This document shows, piece after piece, positions 18,853 through 31,377 of a stretch of 64,000 nt of DNA. The stretch is from Candidatus Magasanikiibacteriota bacterium (GTDB taxonomy: Bacteria > Patescibacteriota > Patescibacteriia > Magasanikbacterales > UBA922), in the NCBI GenBank assembly GCA_018661775.1, contig JABJHO010000014.1:42305-106304 (forward strand). Direction: 5' to 3'. The notes beneath the pieces are model-generated. The model made no database searches and had not been told where the DNA came from. It saw nothing but the letters and a program-made list of their open reading frames with translations. The translations under genes were made by a program, and so were the position numbers. How positions within the stretch are numbered: position 1 is the first letter of the stretch; each line of letters begins with the position of its first letter.

Positions 18853-19014
18853 ATGACAGACAATTTTATTCGTCATCTTATAGCATTTCTTGTGGTGCTT
18901 ATTTGTCTTATTATTTTTAGTGTTGGATATATGTCCGGAATACGAGGTTGGTGGTTTTCTGGCTTTACTCTTTTGTTTGTGTACATAATTATCTACAAAC
19001 TTGTTGATGTGTAA
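18853..19014 (+). CDS. Small two-helix membrane protein (53 aa), not in the ORF track
   Basis: ATG 18853. Translation MTDNFIRHLIAFLVVLICLIIFSVGYMSGIRGWWFSGFTLLFVYIIIYKLVDV*. The TAA stop lies one nucleotide before the next ATG. Confidence 0.45.
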   Translation: MTDNFIRHLIAFLVVLICLIIFSVGYMSGIRGWWFSGFTLLFVYIIIYKLVDV

Positions 19015-19015
19015 T

Positions 19016-20434
19016 ATGGAAGTAGTCCCTTTATTAAACATATCATCTATTCTAGGAGCCATAGGCAGTAATCCTATGGAAGTTTTTGTGTCAATATTTA
19101 TTTTTTTTGGATACGCCATACTATTTTATACTTTGTGCAAGGCAGTGCTTGAACTATATGTAGATTATAGGCAAAAAAAAAATACACAATCTTGGAATTT
19201 TGTTGTTTTGGCAATAGATATTCCTCCAATGAATATTCAAACCCCAAAAGCGGTTGAACAATTGTTTGCGCATTTGGCGGGTATTTTTAGTAAGCCAAAT
19301 ATTGCTGCAAAATTCCGTGGTGGCCATGTACAGAGGTCTTTTAGTTTTGAAATAGTGAGTATTGACGGATATATACAATTTCTTGTGCATACAGAAGAAG
19401 AGTACAGGGAACTTGTTGAGGCTGCGCTCTATGCGCAATACCCTAACGCTGAAATTACACAAGTAGAAGATTATGTGCAGAAGATTCCAGATAGGTATCC
19501 TCATGAAGAATATGATATTTGGGCTACAGATATTGGATTGGCCGAACACAGTGCATATCCAATTCGGATGTATTCTGATTTTGAACACAAAAACTCGGAA
19601 GAAGAGGTGTTAAAAGATCCAATGAGTGCTTTGCTCGAGAGCTTTTCTCGCATAGGGTCTGGTGAACAGATCTGGTTGCAAATAATAGTAGAGCCAATAT
19701 CGAGTAAGTGGAAAGAAGATGTTATCGAAAAAATCAATGAAGTGTTGGGTAATGTTTCGGTTTCCGGGGCTGGGCCAGGTTCACGTTTTTTTTCCTCTAT
19801 TTCAACAATAATAGGGCAGTTGTTTTTTCATATTTTTGGAGGAGAAGAGACTGCCACTTCGGCTGATACCAGGTCAGAGATATCTTCAGGTTTGTCTCCA
19901 GGCGTCTCTAATGCTGTTCAAGGCATGGAAGAAAAAATGACAAAGGTTGGTTTAAAAACTAACATGCGTGCGGTGTATATAGGAAGAAAGGATAACTTTT
20001 CACCTCAGCGTGGTATCAATGCACTTTTAGGGTCTTTGAATCAGTTTAGTATACCCACAGCCAATGCTATTGTTCCTACGTATGGTGTTTCAACATCATA
20101 TTTTAAGGCAGAAAAGCGTAGTAACCAGAAAAAGAATGTATTAATGGAGCATTATAAAAAAAGAAAAATCAGTATTAAAAAAGGACCCAAACCATATATT
20201 TTAAATGTTGAGGAGCTTGCAAGTATTTGGCATTTCCCACTTTCACATGTAAAAACACCGCTATTACAGGTTGTGGCCTCAAAACCTTCTGAACCACCAG
20301 TTGGTTTGCCAATAGAAATGAGCAGTGGTATGGGTGGTTCTTCACAGGGAGTCGATCTTTCTGGTGTTTTTCTCCCTAAGGAGGGTGAACCAGATGCATA
20401 TAGTGGGCCACCGCCAAACCTACCTTTTGGGTAG
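19016..20434 (+). CDS. Membrane-anchored protein of unknown function (472 aa)
   Basis: ATG 19016 is preferred over the TTG at 19001. One N-terminal TM helix, a large soluble body, and a Gly/Pro-rich tail. No family signature I can name with confidence. Confidence 0.6.
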   Translation: MEVVPLLNISSILGAIGSNPMEVFVSIFIFFGYAILFYTLCKAVLELYVDYRQKKNTQSWNFVVLAIDIPPMNIQTPKAVEQLFAHLAGIFSKPNIAAKFRGGHVQRSFSFEIVSIDGYIQFLVHTEEEYRELVEAALYAQYPNAEITQVEDYVQKIPDRYPHEEYDIWATDIGLAEHSAYPIRMYSDFEHKNSEEEVLKDPMSALLESFSRIGSGEQIWLQIIVEPISSKWKEDVIEKINEVLGNVSVSGAGPGSRFFSSISTIIGQLFFHIFGGEETATSADTRSEISSGLSPGVSNAVQGMEEKMTKVGLKTNMRAVYIGRKDNFSPQRGINALLGSLNQFSIPTANAIVPTYGVSTSYFKAEKRSNQKKNVLMEHYKKRKISIKKGPKPYILNVEELASIWHFPLSHVKTPLLQVVASKPSEPPVGLPIEMSSGMGGSSQGVDLSGVFLPKEGEPDAYSGPPPNLPFG

Positions 20435-20502
20435 TGTTTTTCACAGAAGTGTATAGTGTGAAAAGAAAACCTTGATTTTTTCTTTGTTTTACGATATTGT
20501 AG

Positions 20503-21501
20503 GTGGATATGTGGATACATGACATAGTACATAAAAACAAGAAAATCTACGCGCTTTCGCCAATGGCAGACATGACTGATTCTGCTTTTTGTCAAATTGT
20601 TCGCCAAATTGGTGGGGCTGATGTTGTGTTTCGTGAAATGGTGAGTAGTGAGGCTATTGTACGAGATAACGAGAAAACACTCGGTATGACTGATTTTGTA
20701 GAGGTCGAGAGACCTATTGTTCAGCAAATATTTGGTGCTGACCCACTGACTATGGCGCGTGCTGCGGCAAAGGTTATGGAACATGCTAGCCCAGAAGGGA
20801 TAGATATAAATATGGGGTGTCCGGTATATAAAATCACATCAAATTTTAATGGGTGTGCATTAATGAAAGACCCTGGTTTGGCAAAAAAAATAGTAAAAGA
20901 AGTAAAATCAGCGATTGGGGATACGCCACTAAGTGTCAAAATTCGACTCGGTTGGAATGATCCAGATACATATAAAACCTTTATTCCAATAATCGAACAA
21001 GCTGGCGCGCAGCTTATTACTCTTCATGGGAGAACAAAAGCACAGGGATATAGTGGGGTAAGTGATTGGTCTCGTATCGCTGACGCAAAACAGATAGCAA
21101 CAGTACCACTTTTGGCAAATGGTGATATTCATGCACCGCATCAAGTAAAAGAAGTGTTAGGTCAAACTGATGCAGACGGTGTTCTAATCGCTCGTGGGGC
21201 CTTGGGCAATCCTTGGTTCTTTTATTTGGCAAAAGCATATCCAGATGATGTGACAGCGATACAGCGTATTACTACCGAAGAGCGCATAGACGTAATGAGG
21301 GCTCATGCGCAAAAACACGTAGAACAGTATGGAGAAAAAGGTATTATGACATTTAGAAAACATCTTTCTTGGTATGTGAAATCACAGAAAATTGGTGTAA
21401 TCATTCCAGGAATAAAAGAATGGCGTGGTAAGTTAGTTCGAGTTACCTCCCTCAAGGAGTTAGATGTATTATTAGAAGAGTTTAGAGGTTTACTCGCATA
21501 G
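20503..21501 (+). CDS. dus: tRNA-dihydrouridine synthase
   Basis: LSPMADMTDSAFCQIV, INMGCPV and VKIRLGW, typical of the Dus family. Confidence 0.85.
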   Translation: MDMWIHDIVHKNKKIYALSPMADMTDSAFCQIVRQIGGADVVFREMVSSEAIVRDNEKTLGMTDFVEVERPIVQQIFGADPLTMARAAAKVMEHASPEGIDINMGCPVYKITSNFNGCALMKDPGLAKKIVKEVKSAIGDTPLSVKIRLGWNDPDTYKTFIPIIEQAGAQLITLHGRTKAQGYSGVSDWSRIADAKQIATVPLLANGDIHAPHQVKEVLGQTDADGVLIARGALGNPWFFYLAKAYPDDVTAIQRITTEERIDVMRAHAQKHVEQYGEKGIMTFRKHLSWYVKSQKIGVIIPGIKEWRGKLVRVTSLKELDVLLEEFRGLLA

Positions 21502-21556
21502 CCCACATTTGCCTTTGTGCAAGATTTACGGTATTCTGACAATATAATTGAGATCT

Positions 21557-23347
21557 ATGAGTGATACACAAATGATAAAAGATAAACTGGATATTGTTGA
21601 TGTGATAGGGGAGTATGTTCAACTGAAGCCAGCTGGCACAAGCCGTAAAGGTTTGTGTCCATTTCATAATGAAAAATCACCATCTTTTACTGTAAGTCGT
21701 GACAGGCAAGCATGGTATTGTTTCGGATGTGCTACCGGTGGTGATATTTTTTCATTTATTCAGGAAATAGAGGGGATGGAGTTTTTAGAGGCGCTAAAGC
21801 ACTTGGCTAACCAGGCAGGTGTTACACTTTCTACTGGGTACAACAAAGAGGTCGGTGGTAAGCGGGCTCGGATAAAAGAGGTGCTACTTGAGGCAGCAAG
21901 ATTTTTTCACAATTTTCTTTTGGTTATGGATGGGGCACAAGAGGCACGAACCTATATCTCGCAAAGAGGTGTAGATGAAAAAACACTTATAGAGTGGCAT
22001 GTTGGGTATATTCCTGATCAGTGGGATCTTCTCACAAAGTATTTACTGAATAAGGGGTATGGAATAGATGATCTTGTGGATGCTGGGCTTACTGTAAAAA
22101 GAGAGGGTGGTGCGTATACGAGTGGTAAGGGTTTTTATGATCGTTTTCGTGGTCGGATTATGTTTCCTATTCATGGTACACATGGAGAGGTTGTTGGGTT
22201 TACTGGGAGGGTGATAAAAAGTCCGAAAGAGGGTGTTGGGAAGTATCTCAACACTCCACAAACGGCGGTATTTGATAAGTCAGCAGTTATTTTTGGGTTA
22301 CATAAAGCAAAGAAGGCTATTAAAGAGGCGGGTTTGGCTGTGCTGGTTGAGGGGCAGATGGATGTAATTACTGCTCATCAGCATGGCATGTATAATGTGG
22401 TTGCTTCAAGCGGTACGGCACTCACAGCTGAGCAGATTACTTTATTAAAACGGTATACATCAAAAATAGCCATGGCATTTGACTCTGATGAGGCGGGAAA
22501 AAAAGCAGCTAAACGTGGTATAGACTTAGCCATAACTCAAGGTCTTGATGTTCGTATTATTCAAATTCCAGAAGATATGGGTTCTGATCCAGACGACTGT
22601 ATTCGGCGGGATTCTGATGTCTGGAATCAAGTGGTTGTACAGGCAAAAGATGTAATGGATTGGTATTTTTCAGAGGCATTTTTGACAGGTGGCGTAGATA
22701 CTCCAAAAGAACGACAAGCTATAGCAAACTCACTTCTTTGTGAGATTCAGCGAATACCATTTGCCATGGAACGTGATCATTGGATTAATGTGTTGGCTGA
22801 TAAATTAGTCGTAGATCCGAAAATTCTTCGTGAGGATATGAAAAAATATACGAACACTACTGAGTCGGTGTCAAAAACAGTAGAGGTGGTTGAGAAAAAA
22901 GAAGCTATTTTACCAAAATCCTCTCGTATCGATACACTGGTTGAAACACTGCTTTTGCTTGGCATCTTGTATCCCAAGTTGTGGTATAGTCACGTACAAC
23001 CATTTTTTGGTAGTTTTTCTGCTCTTTCTACATACGGCCCCCTTTACGATTCTTTGAATGTTTGCTATAATATATCTAAAATTACAACCACAGATGCACT
23101 TCTGTTGTTAGTTCAAAAACCAGAGATACAAACACAGGTTGACATGCTCCTTATAAAAGGGGAGGTGGATTTTCCTGGGATTACCGAAGTAGATGCATTA
23201 AAGGAAGAAGAGGTCTTCTATAAACAGTTGGTTGTTGCATGTAAAAAGCTCGAGAGAGAGGTATTACAAAAGCAGATAGTTGCAGCAGAACAGAGAGGTG
23301 ATAGTGGGCAGGTAACCGCCCTTATAAAGGATTTTCAAAATATTTAG
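21557..23347 (+). CDS. dnaG: DNA primase
   Basis: Zinc ribbon CPFHNEKSPSFTV..CFGC and Toprim EGQMDV. The ORF track starts at TTG 21548. Confidence 0.9.
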   Translation: MSDTQMIKDKLDIVDVIGEYVQLKPAGTSRKGLCPFHNEKSPSFTVSRDRQAWYCFGCATGGDIFSFIQEIEGMEFLEALKHLANQAGVTLSTGYNKEVGGKRARIKEVLLEAARFFHNFLLVMDGAQEARTYISQRGVDEKTLIEWHVGYIPDQWDLLTKYLLNKGYGIDDLVDAGLTVKREGGAYTSGKGFYDRFRGRIMFPIHGTHGEVVGFTGRVIKSPKEGVGKYLNTPQTAVFDKSAVIFGLHKAKKAIKEAGLAVLVEGQMDVITAHQHGMYNVVASSGTALTAEQITLLKRYTSKIAMAFDSDEAGKKAAKRGIDLAITQGLDVRIIQIPEDMGSDPDDCIRRDSDVWNQVVVQAKDVMDWYFSEAFLTGGVDTPKERQAIANSLLCEIQRIPFAMERDHWINVLADKLVVDPKILREDMKKYTNTTESVSKTVEVVEKKEAILPKSSRIDTLVETLLLLGILYPKLWYSHVQPFFGSFSALSTYGPLYDSLNVCYNISKITTTDALLLLVQKPEIQTQVDMLLIKGEVDFPGITEVDALKEEEVFYKQLVVACKKLEREVLQKQIVAAEQRGDSGQVTALIKDFQNI

Positions 23348-23360
23348 TATAATTTGTTGA

Positions 23361-24668
23361 ATGGCAAAAACAACATCTACAATTAAGAAACGTGTCACAA
23401 AAAAACGTGTCACAAAAAAAAATACAGTAGTTAAAAAAACTACCAAAAAAAGTACCGGTGCTGCAAACAAAAAAATAACAGCACAAAAAACTTCAAAAAA
23501 AAATGTCACTAAGACACCAAAGGGGATAAAAAAAACAGATCAACCAAAATTTAAAGAAAAGATAATGCCACCGTCATTGGAGGATATTACTACACTTATA
23601 AATCGCGGAAGAGGGAGAAACTTTTTAACCGAAAGAGAGATTTTTGTGTGCTTTCCTAGATTAGAAAAATATATCGACATGTTCGAGCTGTTTTTGGATT
23701 TGGTTGACAAAAATAATGTTTCGATAGTAGAGCACCAACAGAGTAATTTATTAGGACATAAAGAAAAAAGAGCAGAGTTGCTTCAAACATTTCACGGACA
23801 GCAACCTGATGTAGAGGCGGGTACTTTTGATTTAGCAAATATTTTTCAAGACAACATACAAATGTATTTACGAGAAATCGGAAAGATTCCACTTCTTTCT
23901 GCTCAAGAAGAAGTATTGTTGGCAAAAAGAAAAGAGCGAGGTGATAAAGCGGCAGAACAAAAAATGATAGAAGCTAATTTGCGTCTTGTTGTATCTATTG
24001 CAAAAAAGTTTGTTGGTAAGCAACTTACACTACTTGATTTAATACAAGAGGGGAACATTGGATTGTTTCGTGCGGTGCGTAAATTTGATTTTAGAAGGGG
24101 GTATAAATTTTCTACCTATGCCACATGGTGGATTCGTCAAGCAATCACAAGAGCTCTTGCAGATCAATCACGGACGATTCGTATTCCGGTACACATGGTT
24201 GAAACAATTAACCGATTTAAACAAGTTCAGAGACGGTTGTTGCAAGATTTAGGGCGCGACCCAACCCCAGAAGAGATGGCAGCAGAAATGGGTGAACAAA
24301 TTCACAAAATACATCATATTATAAAGATTTCTCAAGATACAGTTTCTCTAGAAACATCTGTTGGAGACGAAGATGATGACTCACCCTTGTCTGATTTTAT
24401 TGAAGACGTAAAGAATATAAGCCCTTCACAGGCTGCTGGTATAGAATTGTTGCGTGAGTATATTTCACATGCAATATCACAACTTTTACCACGTGAGCAG
24501 AAGATTTTACAAATGCGCTTTGGTCTTGAGGATGGTATTACACACACCCTAGAGGAGGTGGGGAAGGAGTTTGATGTGACACGTGAAAGAATACGCCAAA
24601 TTGAAGCAAAAGCACTCGAAAAAATAAAACACTTTGATATCATAGAAAAATTACGAGATTTTTCTTAA
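23361..24668 (+). CDS. rpoD: RNA polymerase sigma-70 factor with a Lys-rich N-terminal extension
   Basis: [28 protein letters not shown] and [20 protein letters not shown]. The first ~68 aa are K/T-rich. Confidence 0.95.
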   Translation: MAKTTSTIKKRVTKKRVTKKNTVVKKTTKKSTGAANKKITAQKTSKKNVTKTPKGIKKTDQPKFKEKIMPPSLEDITTLINRGRGRNFLTEREIFVCFPRLEKYIDMFELFLDLVDKNNVSIVEHQQSNLLGHKEKRAELLQTFHGQQPDVEAGTFDLANIFQDNIQMYLREIGKIPLLSAQEEVLLAKRKERGDKAAEQKMIEANLRLVVSIAKKFVGKQLTLLDLIQEGNIGLFRAVRKFDFRRGYKFSTYATWWIRQAITRALADQSRTIRIPVHMVETINRFKQVQRRLLQDLGRDPTPEEMAAEMGEQIHKIHHIIKISQDTVSLETSVGDEDDDSPLSDFIEDVKNISPSQAAGIELLREYISHAISQLLPREQKILQMRFGLEDGITHTLEEVGKEFDVTRERIRQIEAKALEKIKHFDIIEKLRDFS

Positions 24669-24781
24669 CATTACTATGTCCACAGTGTGAAGGTTTGTTA
24701 TAGGTGGTTAGCAAGAAATGTGGTATACTGTGTAAAGAAGAGGTGTGTATTTTATTATTGAATACAGGGTAATAAAAAAAT

Positions 24782-25918
24782 ATGGGGGTTTTTCAAAAAC
24801 AGGAGGCATATCTAGGGGTAGATCTTGGTGCACATGGCATCAAGGTGGTTGAACTTAAAAAAGTAAAAAATAGGCCACACATCTGGACATATGGTTTGTT
24901 AAATAAAAAACTAGATGTGCATGCGCCGCAAAGAAAACACAAAAAAGCTGTGAAGTATTTTGATTATGAACAAAAAGATACCAATCAAGAGGATGAAAAG
25001 GGTGTGGATAAGGTGTTTCAGGATGAGCGTGTTGAAGTCTATGCATCTCTACTAAAGAAGGTGCTAAAAGATGCACGAGTAACAGCCAATCGTGCAACTG
25101 CAAGTCTTCCTGTTTCTGAGATATTTCATACGCTTATTACACTGCCAAAAGTAGACAAGAAGGATTTAAAACACCATGTACACGCAAAAGTAAAAAAACT
25201 CCTTCCACTTCCTATAGATGAGATGCAAATTGTGTTCCAAATATTTCCTGACCCAGAAGAAAAACGAGATTATTTACAAATACTTGTCACGGCGGCACCA
25301 AAATCTCTTGTCATACTGTATAGTAAAATTTTTCAAAAAGCTGGAATTATTCTTGATGAGCTTGAGACGGAAGCATTTGCATTGGAGCGGGCCTTGGTTG
25401 GGCGAGATAGCGCGACTTCTTTGGTTATAGACATGGGGAGTGAAAGATCAAATTTCTTTGTCATAAAAAATAGCCTTCCCATTACACATAGAAGTATTAA
25501 AATAGGAGGAAATAACTTTGATGCGCATCTTGCGCAAGTGTTGGGAGTGTCACAGGATCACGCAGAACAGATAAAAATTGATTTAGCGAGTGGTACTGTG
25601 GATAGGCGTATTGAAAGTTCCTTGTTTAGTGCGCTGCTTGAACCAGTGGTGAAAGAGATACAATATAGTATTGATGTATACAAAAGTCAGGTCCGAGATA
25701 ATTCGACAGATCGTGGGATAGAAAAGATTATATTAACCGGTGGGGTAGCGTTTTTTCCACCATTTATGGATTACTTAAAACAAAAATTTCCATTAACAGT
25801 GTTTATTGGTGACCCATGGGCTCGCGTGGTGTATCAACAGGGTCTAAAGAATGTATTAGATAATTTGGGCCCAAGAATGGCAGTAAGTGTGGGGTTGGCA
25901 ATGCGTAACCTTGTGTAA
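24782..25918 (+). CDS. pilM: Type IV pilus assembly protein PilM (actin-like ATPase fold)
   Basis: 378 aa. LGVDLGAHGIKVVEL, DMGSERSNFF and ILTGGVAFFP. Confidence 0.7.
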   Translation: MGVFQKQEAYLGVDLGAHGIKVVELKKVKNRPHIWTYGLLNKKLDVHAPQRKHKKAVKYFDYEQKDTNQEDEKGVDKVFQDERVEVYASLLKKVLKDARVTANRATASLPVSEIFHTLITLPKVDKKDLKHHVHAKVKKLLPLPIDEMQIVFQIFPDPEEKRDYLQILVTAAPKSLVILYSKIFQKAGIILDELETEAFALERALVGRDSATSLVIDMGSERSNFFVIKNSLPITHRSIKIGGNNFDAHLAQVLGVSQDHAEQIKIDLASGTVDRRIESSLFSALLEPVVKEIQYSIDVYKSQVRDNSTDRGIEKIILTGGVAFFPPFMDYLKQKFPLTVFIGDPWARVVYQQGLKNVLDNLGPRMAVSVGLAMRNLV

Positions 25919-25964
25919 TTTTTGTAATAGTATATACTATATATATAAATGCTAACTTTGTTTT

Positions 25965-26345
25965 ATGGTAGAAAAAAGTATACATATATTGCTTATAGAA
26001 GATGATACGTTTTTAGCAAACATTTACAAAACAAAATTTGAAATGGAAGGTTTTGTGGTAGATGTGGCAGAAAATGGTGAACTAGGACTAAAGGAGGTTC
26101 AAAAAAGGCAGCCAGACCTTGTGTTGCTTGATATTTTACTACCAAAGATGGATGGGTTTACGGTTTTACAACACATGAAAGAAGATGCTGAGTTAAAAAA
26201 CATTCCTGTTATTCTCTTAACCAATCTTGGTCAAAAAGATGATGTAGAAAAAGGTTTGAAGCTTGGTGCTGCAGATTATCTGATTAAAGCACATTTCAAA
26301 CCATCAGAAACAGTTGATAAGGTAAAAAGTGTTTTAGGTATATAG
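25965..26345 (+). CDS. Single-domain response regulator (CheY-like receiver)
   Basis: 126 aa. ILLIEDD, DLVLLDILLPKMDGF and the ADYLIKA lysine. Confidence 0.85.
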   Translation: MVEKSIHILLIEDDTFLANIYKTKFEMEGFVVDVAENGELGLKEVQKRQPDLVLLDILLPKMDGFTVLQHMKEDAELKNIPVILLTNLGQKDDVEKGLKLGAADYLIKAHFKPSETVDKVKSVLGI

Positions 26346-26396
26346 TTACTGTTCTTTTTTGCATATGAATTACACAAGGAGGGGGGTGAGTATGAC

Positions 26397-26825
26397 ATGA
26401 ATAAAAAAGGTTTTACACTTATTGAATTGCTCGTTGTCGTTGCAATTATTGGACTACTTTCAACACTTGCGGTTGTAGCTCTTTCTACAGCAAGAGAGAA
26501 GACGAGAGATTCAAAGCGTTTATCTGATTTGAAAAATATCCAAACAGCCCTAGAATTACATTATACAGGAAGCAACCAGTATCCAGTTGCACAAGTTGCC
26601 GTTGATCTAGGGGCAGGAGATTTTGCCTGTTTAAATGGTGATGGTTTTGGTGCAGTAGGGTGTGCTACTCCGTTCTTAGAAGTAGTTCCATCTGGCCCAA
26701 ATGCGGCTGAGGTATACACATATACATCAGATGACGGTACCGCTTTTGCTGTTGTTGCAACACTAGAAGGAGAGCTTGGTGGTTTGAGTGGAGATGTTAC
26801 AGCATCACAGTCGGGTATCAATTAA
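26397..26825 (+). CDS. Type IV pilin / pseudopilin
   Basis: Prepilin leader MNKKG followed by FTLIELLVVVAIIGLL (class III signal). Strong SD aaggagg upstream. Confidence 0.85.
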   Translation: MNKKGFTLIELLVVVAIIGLLSTLAVVALSTAREKTRDSKRLSDLKNIQTALELHYTGSNQYPVAQVAVDLGAGDFACLNGDGFGAVGCATPFLEVVPSGPNAAEVYTYTSDDGTAFAVVATLEGELGGLSGDVTASQSGIN

Positions 26826-26840
26826 TTTTTTTGAAAAAAT

Positions 26841-26877
26841 AAAAAACAAACACGAGATATTTGTGTTTGTTTTTTTA
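26841..26877. terminator. Bidirectional terminator between the pilin gene and the convergent repeat-protein gene
   Basis: 8-bp stem acaaacac/gtgtttgt (26846-26853 / 26863-26870) flanked by an A-run and a T-run. Confidence 0.7.
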
Positions 26878-26915
26878 ATTCATGCTGAAGTGTGGATATT
26901 TGTGTATAGCTTATT

Positions 26916-28082
26916 TTATTCTTTATACACTATATTTAGGTGTGAATATTTTTGCTCCATAATGACCAAATCTTCTTCTGAAAATTTATTTCTATCAATC
27001 AGTACTTTGCCCGTAACAATATCAGGTAGAACTAGCCCATCTGTTGTCGTGAGACCCAAGAGTATGAGATCGCCATCGATTGTTTTTGGAAAAGTAACAC
27101 CTTCTGCTGATTTAAGTTCCCATGTTACTATACTTCCTATGATGGTTTCAGGTAATAGTATGTTGGTGGCTTTCTCTAGGTTGAAAAGATGTATACTTCC
27201 TATTAAGGTTTTTGGAAATTGCACAGTATGTGCTGTCTTGAGTCGATCCATAGAAATGAGCCCATTAACACCGTCTTGTGGAAATACTACATTATGAACT
27301 GACTCAAGACCAATTAAGTTTAACTTACCATGTACTGTTTTGGGAAATTCTAGTCCATCTATTTCAGTGAGTGAAGACATACAAAGACTACCATTAACAG
27401 TTTCGGGTAGTACTAACTTTTCTGTGGAAAGGAGGTAGAATAGCAGAAGATCGCCATGTATTATTTTTGGGAGCGTAAGTGTTTTTGCAGATGTTACTTG
27501 TAGTTGAAGGTCACCATTTACTATTTCTGGACATGTTATCCTTTTGTCTTCATCAATGCGTTCGGGACTAAGGTTGCCATAGTGGTATTTTATTTTACCT
27601 TTCAAAATGGTATTTTCTAAAAAGTTTTTATTTTTGGTTTCTGTGTAAGAGCTTATCTGATCCTCTGTGAAACCAGTAAGTCGAGATATATCCTCTTTAA
27701 AATTATGGATGTCTATAGGAAAATTACGATATGTAGTATCAAGACTAAACGGACCTTTGCCTTCTTTAAAACCCGTCACACCCCCGCTGTTGTTGTATAT
27801 TATGTGTAAATCATTTATTGGTGTGTCTTTAGTAATTCTATCACCATTAATTTTTTTCTTTATTTCTTGAATACGTTGTGTTTTTTTTGCCACTTTCTCC
27901 CATCTTTTTAGTTTAAGTCGTAAGAATGAAGATGTATTAAATACCTGCTCTATGTTTCTTTTTCGTTCTCGTATATTTTCGATATCACCACCTGATTCAA
28001 TAAGAGTCTTAAATTCTTCTAATTTTAGGTTTTGCATTGCTTTTAGCATTTTTTTTATGTCTCTACACTCTTCTTGAGCCAT
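26916..28082 (-). CDS. Repeat protein: coiled-coil N-terminus plus nine ~21-aa LRR-like repeats
   Basis: 388 aa. The Pro of the (L/F)P(K/E)T(I/V)xGxLxL unit recurs at residues 185, 205, 226, 247, 268, 290, 311, 332 and 353. No signal peptide. Confidence 0.7.
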   Translation of the reverse strand: MAQEECRDIKKMLKAMQNLKLEEFKTLIESGGDIENIRERKRNIEQVFNTSSFLRLKLKRWEKVAKKTQRIQEIKKKINGDRITKDTPINDLHIIYNNSGGVTGFKEGKGPFSLDTTYRNFPIDIHNFKEDISRLTGFTEDQISSYTETKNKNFLENTILKGKIKYHYGNLSPERIDEDKRITCPEIVNGDLQLQVTSAKTLTLPKIIHGDLLLFYLLSTEKLVLPETVNGSLCMSSLTEIDGLEFPKTVHGKLNLIGLESVHNVVFPQDGVNGLISMDRLKTAHTVQFPKTLIGSIHLFNLEKATNILLPETIIGSIVTWELKSAEGVTFPKTIDGDLILLGLTTTDGLVLPDIVTGKVLIDRNKFSEEDLVIMEQKYSHLNIVYKE

Positions 28083-28209
28083 ATATTTTTTGTTATATTA
28101 CAATAGTATATCATTTTTTTTGATCTATTCACACTCTGTTTCTTTGTGGCCATGTTTATTTCTTTTTCTCTATTTTCCTGCTATACTCGATATATACTAC
28201 TCATAATTA

Positions 28210-31013
<2,804 letters not shown>

Positions 31014-31073
31014 TTGTATTTGCTAAATACCCCAAAATACCATACAATATACTTATTCTATATACAAAACAGT

Positions 31074-31373
31074 ATGAGCATTTCAAGGTCCGACGTTGAA
31101 CATGTGGCAAAACTTGCACGAATACACTTGTCAGAAAGTGAAAAAGAATACTATGCAGAACAGCTATCTGCAATTTTTGGATATATTGATCAATTGAATG
31201 AAGTGGATACGACGCAGGTTGAAGGAACAGTACAAGTCACAGGTTTGTCTAATATCGCGCGAGAAGACACGGTGGTGGAGTGTTCGCAAGATGTGGTACA
31301 GGATATACAGAATCAGTTTCCACAAAAATCCTGTGATTTATTACAAGTAAAACAGATACTTTCTGACACATAA
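31074..31373 (+). CDS. gatC: Glu/Asp-tRNA amidotransferase subunit C
   Basis: 99 aa from the internal ATG. VEHVAKLARIHLSESE...L..I..YIDQLNEVDT. Confidence 0.8.
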   Translation: MSISRSDVEHVAKLARIHLSESEKEYYAEQLSAIFGYIDQLNEVDTTQVEGTVQVTGLSNIAREDTVVECSQDVVQDIQNQFPQKSCDLLQVKQILSDT

Positions 31374-31377
31374 GTTT

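Noticed and set aside
20152-20784. A 210-aa minus-strand ORF bridging the end of the 472-aa orphan, the intergenic region and the start of dus.
   Set aside because: It overlaps two well-supported + strand genes, has no recognisable motifs, and has unusual composition. It is a shadow ORF.
26346-26396. A sigma-54 promoter upstream of the pilin gene, as is common for pilins.
   Set aside because: A TTGCAT element is present, but there is no GG at the -24 position with the correct spacing.
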